DNA of 32,000 nt from an archaeon (GTDB taxonomy: Archaea > Iainarchaeota > Iainarchaeia > Iainarchaeales > JANQMZ01), in assembly GCA_028279805.1 (NCBI GenBank), contig JANQMZ010000007.1:120001-152000 (forward strand). The letters are read 5' to 3'. The notes below the pieces were generated by a model. It worked only from the letters and a program-made list of their open reading frames with translations, was not told the DNA's origin and made no database searches. This document shows, in pieces, positions 25,560 through 32,000 of this stretch; position 1 is the stretch's first letter, and each line of letters begins with the position of its first letter. Made by a program: the position numbers and the translations under genes.

Positions 25560-27078
25560 AACCGGTTTAAAAGCGCTCTCTCAATCATTCCAAAAACTTG
25601 GAATTGAGATAATTTCAACAGGCGGAACCGCAAAAGAATTAAAAAAATTCGGAGTAAAAGTTGTTCCTGTTGAAAGTGTGACAAATTTTCCGGAAATGTT
25701 TTCAGGCCGCGTGAAAACTTTACATCCAAAAATTCATGGCGGAATTCTGGCTGACAAAAAAAACAAAAAACATTTAAATGAATTAAGAAAACATGACGTT
25801 AAACCAATTGACTTGATTATTGTAAACCTGTATCCTTTTGAAGAAATAATTAAAAGCGGAGAAACAAAGCTTGAAAAAATCATTGAATTTATTGACATCG
25901 GCGGTCCTACAATGATTCGTGCTGCTGCTAAAAATTTTGAAAATGTTGCAGTAATAACTAACCCTGATCAATATGAAAACGTGTTAAAAGAATTAAAGCA
26001 AAAAAAAGGGTTAAGCCTTGAAACAAGGAAAAAACTTGCACTTGAAGCTTTTCAGAGAACAGCTCAATATGATTCCATTATAAGTGCATATCTTGCAAAT
26101 GCATTTGATTCTCAAAAAAATGCAAATCTTTTAACATTGCCTTTTGAAAAAAAAACAGAATTAAGGTATGGTGAGAATCCGCATCAGTCCGGATTGTTTT
26201 ACACTGACCCCGTGTTTAAAGAAACAGGAATATCAACATCAGAACAATTGCACGGAAAAGAATTATCTTTTAATAACATTAATGATGCAAATGCGGGAAT
26301 TGAACTGTTAAAAGATTTAAACGAATTCAAAAAACCGGCTTGTGTTATAATAAAACATGCAAATCCCTGCGGTGCAGCCATAGCCCTTTCTCTTGAAAAA
26401 GCTTTTCAAAAAGCTTTTGAATGTGATAAAGAATCTGCTTTTGGAAGCATTATTGTTTTAAACAAAACATGTGATTTAAAAACAGCTCAAAAAATTTCAG
26501 CATTTTTTAATGAAGTTGTTATAGCTCCAGATTTTGAAAAAAAAGCTTTAAATTTGTTAAAAAAGAAAAAAAATTTAAGAATTTTAAAAATACCAGGTTT
26601 GGATAAAGCATTGCCTGAAAAATCTTTTGATTTGAAAAGAATTTCATCAGGTTTGCTTTTACAGGAATCAGATTCTGAAACACTGAATCAAAAAACCCTG
26701 AAAATTGTTTCACAAAAAAAACCTTCAGAACAAGAGCTTCAGGATTTATTGTTTGCGTGGAAAATTGTAAAACATACTAAAAGCAATGCAATTGTTTTTG
26801 CAAAAAACAATTCAACAGTCGGAATCGGTGCGGGGCAAATGTCCAGAATAATGTCCACAAAAATTGCTGTTGAAAGAGCTCAAAACAGGCAGAAAAATGC
26901 TGTAATGGCTTCAGATGCTTTTTTTCCATTCAGGGACAATGTTGAGTTGGCTGCAGAACATGGGATAAGCGCAATAATTCAGCCAGGGGGAAGCATAAAA
27001 GATAAGGAAATAATCAAAGCTGCTGATGAAAATAATATTTGCCTAATTTTTACAGGAATAAGGCATTTCAAGCATTAA
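25522..27078 (+). CDS. purH: Bifunctional AICAR transformylase/IMP cyclohydrolase
   Basis: KRALISTWNKTGLKALSQSFQKLGIEIISTGGTAKEL, GRVKTLHPKIHGGILA, RYGENPHQ, KHANPCG, SDAFFPFRD. Starts at TTG 25522 or GTG 25528, overlapping the purN 3' end. Confidence 0.96.
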   Translation: MKVKRALISTWNKTGLKALSQSFQKLGIEIISTGGTAKELKKFGVKVVPVESVTNFPEMFSGRVKTLHPKIHGGILADKKNKKHLNELRKHDVKPIDLIIVNLYPFEEIIKSGETKLEKIIEFIDIGGPTMIRAAAKNFENVAVITNPDQYENVLKELKQKKGLSLETRKKLALEAFQRTAQYDSIISAYLANAFDSQKNANLLTLPFEKKTELRYGENPHQSGLFYTDPVFKETGISTSEQLHGKELSFNNINDANAGIELLKDLNEFKKPACVIIKHANPCGAAIALSLEKAFQKAFECDKESAFGSIIVLNKTCDLKTAQKISAFFNEVVIAPDFEKKALNLLKKKKNLRILKIPGLDKALPEKSFDLKRISSGLLLQESDSETLNQKTLKIVSQKKPSEQELQDLLFAWKIVKHTKSNAIVFAKNNSTVGIGAGQMSRIMSTKIAVERAQNRQKNAVMASDAFFPFRDNVELAAEHGISAIIQPGGSIKDKEIIKAADENNICLIFTGIRHFKH

Positions 27079-27081
27079 CAA

Positions 27082-27651
27082 TTAACATTCAATAATTTCT
27101 TTTTCTGTTATTATTTTTTTCAAAGCAATGTCATGTTCTTCTGTTGGAATTTTTTTTGTTTCCTGTTCTGAAAAAGCCAAACCAATTGTTGTAACATTTT
27201 TTTCAATTTTTTTTAAAAACCTGTCATAAAATCCTTTTCCATAACCAATCCTATGGCAGGCCCTGTCAAAAGCAACAAGCGGTACAACAATTAATTCAAT
27301 TTCTTTTTCACCTGCAATTTTTTTATTTACAGGTTCTAACAATTTTTTGCCATTTGAAATTTGTTTCTCCTGCAAATCTTCCATGCTTAAAATTTCACTT
27401 AAATGCATTTCTTTTTTTTCAAAATCAGTTACAGGCAAAAAAATTTTTTTACCAGTTTTTAAGGATTCTTTTATCATTTCAATTGTTTCAAGTTCTCCTT
27501 CAATTCCCGCATAAAAAGCAATTTTTTCAGATTCTTTAAACTCTTTAAGTGAAAAAAGCAATTGTTTTATTTTAAGCATTTTTTCAGTTTTTTTTTCTTC
27601 ATTCAGGTTAAGCCTTTCAATATGTTTTTTTTCCCTTATTTTTTTTTTCAT
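27082..27651 (-). CDS. 5-formyltetrahydrofolate cyclo-ligase family protein
   Basis: IELIVVPLVAFDRACHRIGYGKGFYDRFLKK...TIGLAFSEQETKKIPTEEHD. ATG at 27651 preferred over the track's TTG at 27660. Confidence 0.9.
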   Translation of the reverse strand: MKKKIREKKHIERLNLNEEKKTEKMLKIKQLLFSLKEFKESEKIAFYAGIEGELETIEMIKESLKTGKKIFLPVTDFEKKEMHLSEILSMEDLQEKQISNGKKLLEPVNKKIAGEKEIELIVVPLVAFDRACHRIGYGKGFYDRFLKKIEKNVTTIGLAFSEQETKKIPTEEHDIALKKIITEKEIIEC

Positions 27652-27656
27652 AAAAA

Positions 27657-28763
27657 TCAATAATTTTGAAAAACAAGTTTTTTTCCGTTTAAATGCAACA
27701 CCGTTTTTGGCTTAACCTGTTTTGATTTTTTAATTTCCCCTGACACCAATGCCAGAATTTTATGCTTTTTAGCCAGTTTTAACGCAGTTTCCTCGTCTTT
27801 TTTGTTTACAATTGCAAAAAAACCGTTTCCCATGTTAAACTTTTGATACATTTGTTCATCTGAATATTTGCTTTCTTTTTGCATTAATTCAAAAACAGGC
27901 TGGGGCTTGAACACATTATGCAGATGAAATTCCACTTTTTTTCCTATTCTGTTAAAATTTTTTAAACCATATCCTGTAATGTTTATTCCTATTGCATTTG
28001 TTTTTTTTCCCAAATCATACATTAATTTTGAATAAATTTTTGTAGGCTTAAGCAATGCAGAACCAATTGTTTCACCGTGACCGTTAGGCATTTTCTGGTT
28101 TAATTTTAATTTTCCTTTGTATTGTTTTTTGAATTGTTTTCTTTCCTCAAATTCTCCTTTTAACAAATTTAATCTTAAATCCGTGAAACCGTTTGAATGC
28201 GCACCTGAACTTTTAAATGCAACAATTTTCATTCCCGGTTTTACTGAAAAATTTGTTTTGTTTTTTTCAACAAATCCCATCATCATTCCCGCCAAATCAA
28301 AACCGTATCCTTTTTTTGGCGAGTCAATCATTTCATCCAGTGAAGCTGTTTCTCCTTTTCCTATGTTTAAAATTTTTGCACAATCCGATTCTTTTAATCC
28401 TTTAACAATTCCTTTCATTATTTGTTTTGTTAAACTTTTTTGCTGTATTTGTTTTTGCACTGCCAGATAATTTATGAACAAAAAAGGCTTTACATTTGGC
28501 AATGTGCACAAATCGTTTGAATTCATTGCAACACAATCAATCCCGATTGAATCATATTTGTTTAAGGCAGTTGCAAGAATTGTTTTTGTTCCCGCACTGT
28601 CAACCGCGCTTGCCAGATAATAATCCGAGGGAAAAGGAGTTTTTGACAATTCACAGAAAAAACCTTTGCTTTGTTTTAAAACATTTGATTTCATTCCCGC
28701 AGGAATTGCTTTTTTTAAGGCATTAACAGCTTTTGCCTCTCTTTTTGAATAATCAGACTGCAT
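27657..28763 (-). CDS. purM: Phosphoribosylformylglycinamidine cyclo-ligase (AIR synthase)
   Basis: AVDSAGTKTILATALNKYDSIGIDCVAMNSNDL, VAFKSSGAHSNGFTDLR, NITGYGLKNFNRIG. Confidence 0.93.
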   Translation of the reverse strand: MQSDYSKREAKAVNALKKAIPAGMKSNVLKQSKGFFCELSKTPFPSDYYLASAVDSAGTKTILATALNKYDSIGIDCVAMNSNDLCTLPNVKPFLFINYLAVQKQIQQKSLTKQIMKGIVKGLKESDCAKILNIGKGETASLDEMIDSPKKGYGFDLAGMMMGFVEKNKTNFSVKPGMKIVAFKSSGAHSNGFTDLRLNLLKGEFEERKQFKKQYKGKLKLNQKMPNGHGETIGSALLKPTKIYSKLMYDLGKKTNAIGINITGYGLKNFNRIGKKVEFHLHNVFKPQPVFELMQKESKYSDEQMYQKFNMGNGFFAIVNKKDEETALKLAKKHKILALVSGEIKKSKQVKPKTVLHLNGKKLVFQNY

Positions 28764-28828
28764 GTGAAAATAAAAACCCGAAAATCTTTAATAAGCCTTT
28801 TACTCTATAATATCTCAAATTTGGAGCT

Positions 28829-30382
28829 GTGAATTTGAAAATTTTAAAAATTTTTTTAATGCTTTTTTTAATTTTTACATTTTCACAAAATGTGTTTGCC
28901 GATTATACAGGGCACTGTGATTTCAGAATTGACAACGCGCTTTTTTTTAATCCAACCAAATATGAGCCAACCATTTCTTTTAATACAGCGACAAACACGG
29001 CAACTATAAATGAAAATGTTGCATGCAATTCAGCTTCAAACAACGGGGCAATAGCGGTTTACAGGAATAATGCAGTGCTTAACTGCAATAACGCTTTTAT
29101 TTCAGGAAGAAATGTTGCGAGGGGCATCGGCGTTCATACAACCGGAGCCCAGATTGTAAACTGCAGGCTCCCGTCACTTGTCCAGGGGCAAAAATCTTAC
29201 GATGAAGCCATATACTTTAACATTAATTCTGCAGGCTCAGCTGTTGCAGATTCTTTTATCTGGAATGCGGAAAACGGAGTTGTTGTTAACAAAGCGCCTG
29301 ACATAACAGTTCAAAATGTTGAAATTGATTCGGATTTGTTCAGCTTAACAGGTTTCAGAACAACAAACGGTTTTGTGTTAAAAGGGCATCTGTCAAACAT
29401 TACACTCATTAACAGCAAAACTTCAAACATGAGGCAAACAGGATTATTGTTTGACACTGCATTTAACCAAAACAATTTTACCGGAAACATTTCAAACAAT
29501 GTTTTTTGTTCATCCCCAGCGGATTTGGCTGCAACAAATTCATCCCCGAACACCCAGTTTTTGGAAAATGATGTTAAAAATAACCAGTTTGACACTCTTT
29601 CAAAAATAACATGGAACAATCCCTGGGCACAAAATCAAAAATGTTCAACTGTTCAGCCCCCGCCACCTCCAGGAAGTCCTTATAACTTCATAGCTGAATT
29701 TTTTTCAGTTACGCCTGACCCGACAACAGGTGATGCACCTTTAAATGTTCAGTTTTTGGCAAGATGCCAGGCTCCTCCATCCCCAGAACTTGTAAGCTGT
29801 GTTGTTGAATATGGTGACAATGAACAATTTATTTTTGACATTCAGAATGACTGTGGTGAAAACAATCAGGGCAGGTCGTGCGGAACAGTTTTAAATCATG
29901 AATATCAGGCCGGAAATTTTACTGCAATAATAACCGCAACTGATTCTGACGGGAATGTTGTCAAAGATTTTCATAACATTAATGTTACAGGAGAACCTTT
30001 GCCGGGCCCGGGCGAAAACTGTTTAAATCTGGATGCGGATGAAAAAATTTTGAAAAATGAGAATGTAAATGTTTCAGTTGAATGCTTAACGCCTTTAACA
30101 GGAAATGATTTGATTAATTTGGTTTTTAAAAATATTTCAGGGCAGATTGTTTTACAGGATTCAGTTTTGTGTAAGGACGATTCAAAAGAATTCGGCCCTT
30201 TTGCAAAAACAGGTTCTTATTCTGTTCAGGGTTCAGATTCTCAGAACCGGTGCAATGGCAAAGACTTTTTTTCAGTTATTGATCCTGCTTTAACCGCTGG
30301 AATTCCTGAAATTCATCCTGCGTTTGGCTTACTTATAGCATTAAGTGTTTTGTTTATTTTAAGAAGAAAAGCGTTGGAATAA
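28829..30382 (+). CDS. Secreted/surface protein: signal peptide, parallel beta-helix, PKD domain, Ig-like domain, C-terminal anchor; paralog of the 1-1482 product
   Basis: Signal peptide MNLKILKIFLMLFLIFTFSQNVFA, beta-helix-like rungs, PKD-like domain (DPTTGDAPLNVQFLARC...VEYGDNEQF...HEYQAGNFTAIITATDSDGN), terminus AGIPEIHPAFGLLIALSVLFILRRK. GTG start with upstream GGAG and TATA-like CTCTATAATATC. Confidence 0.88.
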   Translation: MNLKILKIFLMLFLIFTFSQNVFADYTGHCDFRIDNALFFNPTKYEPTISFNTATNTATINENVACNSASNNGAIAVYRNNAVLNCNNAFISGRNVARGIGVHTTGAQIVNCRLPSLVQGQKSYDEAIYFNINSAGSAVADSFIWNAENGVVVNKAPDITVQNVEIDSDLFSLTGFRTTNGFVLKGHLSNITLINSKTSNMRQTGLLFDTAFNQNNFTGNISNNVFCSSPADLAATNSSPNTQFLENDVKNNQFDTLSKITWNNPWAQNQKCSTVQPPPPPGSPYNFIAEFFSVTPDPTTGDAPLNVQFLARCQAPPSPELVSCVVEYGDNEQFIFDIQNDCGENNQGRSCGTVLNHEYQAGNFTAIITATDSDGNVVKDFHNINVTGEPLPGPGENCLNLDADEKILKNENVNVSVECLTPLTGNDLINLVFKNISGQIVLQDSVLCKDDSKEFGPFAKTGSYSVQGSDSQNRCNGKDFFSVIDPALTAGIPEIHPAFGLLIALSVLFILRRKALE

Positions 30383-30399
30383 GCATTTTAAACGCTTTT
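30383..30399 (+). promoter_or_regulatory. Putative purS promoter TATA element
   Basis: GCATTTTAAACGCTTTT, about 30 nt upstream of the ATG at 30416. Confidence 0.4.
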
Positions 30400-30415
30400 G
30401 TTATTTTTTAATATC

Positions 30416-30877
30416 ATGCTGGTTGAAGTGGGTTTCAGGAACGGCAAATTTGATGCTTTAGGGGAATCAGTAAAACAAAGCATTATTGAAGATTTGAATA
30501 TTAAAACAATTGAAAAAGTTTCATATTCTGAGGGTTTTTTGCTGCCTGAAAGTTTTTCACAAAAACAAGCGGAAGAACTTGCTGTAAAACTTTTTCATGA
30601 CCCCATAAACCAGATTTTTTCAGTTAATTCTCCTGTTAAAAAAGACAGCAGTTTTGTCATAACCGTTCAGTATCATTCCAATGTTACTGATAATGTTGGA
30701 ATTGCAGCTGAAGAAGGAATAAAGGATTTGGGTTTTGAATTTAAAAAAAATGAACACGTGCGTTCTTTAAAAAAATATTACCTGTACGGCTCTTTATCGG
30801 AAAAAGAAGCAGAAGAAATTGCTTCAGGATTGCTTGCAAACAAATTAGTGGAAGAATTTGATGTAAAAAAATGTTAA
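30416..30877 (+). CDS. purS: PurS-like protein with two tandem PurS-type halves
   Basis: Second half [69 protein letters not shown] is PurS-like; first half shows the same periodicity; immediately precedes purL. ATG at 30416 preferred over the track's 30398 start. Confidence 0.8.
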   Translation: MLVEVGFRNGKFDALGESVKQSIIEDLNIKTIEKVSYSEGFLLPESFSQKQAEELAVKLFHDPINQIFSVNSPVKKDSSFVITVQYHSNVTDNVGIAAEEGIKDLGFEFKKNEHVRSLKKYYLYGSLSEKEAEEIASGLLANKLVEEFDVKKC

Positions 30878-30887
30878 AAGTGTTAAA

Positions 30888-32000
30888 ATGAATCTGACAG
30901 AAAGAAAAGATGTGAAAACAATTCCGATTATTGAAATGAATGACGAACAGTTAATGGATGCAAGCAAAAATTTTTTATTATCATTAAAATTAAATGAAAT
31001 GAAAACAATTCAGGAACATTTTTTAAAACTTGAAAGAAATCCCACTGATGCAGAACTTGAAACTCTTGCACAAACCTGGTCAGAACACTGTAAGCACAAA
31101 GTGTTTAACAGTTCATTTGAATATGTTGAAAACGGTTCCTCCGAAAATATTGAAAATTTGTTTAAGGAAACAATAAAAAAATCAACAAAAGAAATAATGC
31201 AGAAAGAAAACTGGCTTGTATCCGTTTTTGAAGATAATGCGGGAATAATTTCTTTTAATGAAAATTTTGACATCGCATTCAAAGTTGAAACGCATAACCA
31301 TCCGTCCGCACTTGACCCTTATGGGGGAGCAAGCACAGGCGTGGGAGGAGTTGTCAGGGACATTTTAGGTGTTGGTTTGGGTGCGAAACCTTTTGCCAAT
31401 ACTGATGTTTTTTGCTTTGCTTTGCCTGAAACTCCTAAGGAAAAAATACCTAAAGGAATTTTACACCCAAAACGTATTTTTAAAGGGGTTAGGGCCGGAG
31501 TTGCTGATTATGGAAACAGGCTTGGAATTCCGACAGTTAATGGTGCAATTTTTTTTGATCAAAGATATCTGGGTAATCCGCTTGTTTATTGCGGCACTCT
31601 TGGAATAATTCCCAAAGGATTTCATCAGAAATCTCCAAAACAAAACGATTTGATTGTTGCTCTCGGCGCCAGAACAGGAAGGGACGGAATTCATGGTGCC
31701 ACTTTTTCATCAGCAGAATTATCAGATTCAACTGACTCAAGTGCTGTTCAGATAGGAAATCCCATTGAGGAAAAAAAATTTTTAGATGTTTTGTTAAAAG
31801 CAAGAGATTTGAAACTGTATTCAAGCATAACTGATTGCGGTGCGGGAGGTTTTTCTTCCGCAGTTGGTGAAATGGGTGAAGAAACAGGCGCTGAAGTTTT
31901 TCTGGAAAAAGTTCCGCTAAAATATGCCGGCTTAAAGCCCTGGGAAATCTGGTTAAGTGAAAGCCAGGAAAGAATGATTTTATCTGTTCCTGAAAAAAAT
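30888..32000 (+). CDS. purL: Phosphoribosylformylglycinamidine synthase, PurL subunit (3' truncated by the window)
   Basis: Not in the ORF track. Manual translation from ATG 30888 gives [29 protein letters not shown]...[24 protein letters not shown]...[33 protein letters not shown]..., the canonical PurL active-site region. Confidence 0.95.
   Translation, partial: MNLTERKDVKTIPIIEMNDEQLMDASKNFLLSLKLNEMKTIQEHFLKLERNPTDAELETLAQTWSEHCKHKVFNSSFEYVENGSSENIENLFKETIKKSTKEIMQKENWLVSVFEDNAGIISFNENFDIAFKVETHNHPSALDPYGGASTGVGGVVRDILGVGLGAKPFANTDVFCFALPETPKEKIPKGILHPKRIFKGVRAGVADYGNRLGIPTVNGAIFFDQRYLGNPLVYCGTLGIIPKGFHQKSPKQNDLIVALGARTGRDGIHGATFSSAELSDSTDSSAVQIGNPIEEKKFLDVLLKARDLKLYSSITDCGAGGFSSAVGEMGEETGAEVFLEKVPLKYAGLKPWEIWLSESQERMILSVPEKN

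Noticed and set aside
28829-30382. The two PKD genes as terminal repeats of a mobile island spanning 1-30382
   Set aside because: No integrase, transposase, tRNA target or direct DNA repeats were seen; the similarity is at protein level only and core housekeeping genes lie between them.
31010-31824. ORFs at 31010-31282, 31369-31608, 31461-31694 and 31537-31824
   Set aside because: These lie out of frame or antisense within the true purL frame, which starts at 30888 and runs off the window.

Overview
This is an AT-rich, gene-dense archaeal chromosomal window. The archaeal assignment rests on TFB and ribosomal proteins L44e, S8e and L35Ae; a DPANN-like lineage is only an impression. Left part: a partial secreted beta-helix/PKD protein, an Hsp20, three adjacent uncharacterised genes that look like diverged paralogs, a wHTH/coiled-coil protein, a ferric-reductase-like membrane protein fused to a DM13 domain, and a second pair of uncharacterised paralogs next to rpl44e. 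Middle: rps8e, tfb, rpl35ae, rnhB, a second Hsp20, a small Zn-ribbon-like protein, a TalC/Fsa-type transaldolase, a CPA2 antiporter with a TrkA-N domain, and cysS. Right half: a large folate-dependent purine/C1 island. It holds purE-purC-purB, folC, a possible ECF S component, glyA, folD, a secreted beta-propeller protein, purN, purH, 5-formyl-THF cyclo-ligase, purM, a tandem PurS and the 5' part of purL. A second beta-helix/PKD protein with the same C-terminal anchor motif as the first sits inside this island. No tRNA, rRNA, CRISPR array or transposon was recognised. No validated new system can be claimed. The best candidates are the paralogous triplet at 2010-3961, the L44e-adjacent pair at 6216-7457, the DM13 fusion, the GIPEIHP C-terminal anchor and the concentrated bacterial-type C1/purine island.
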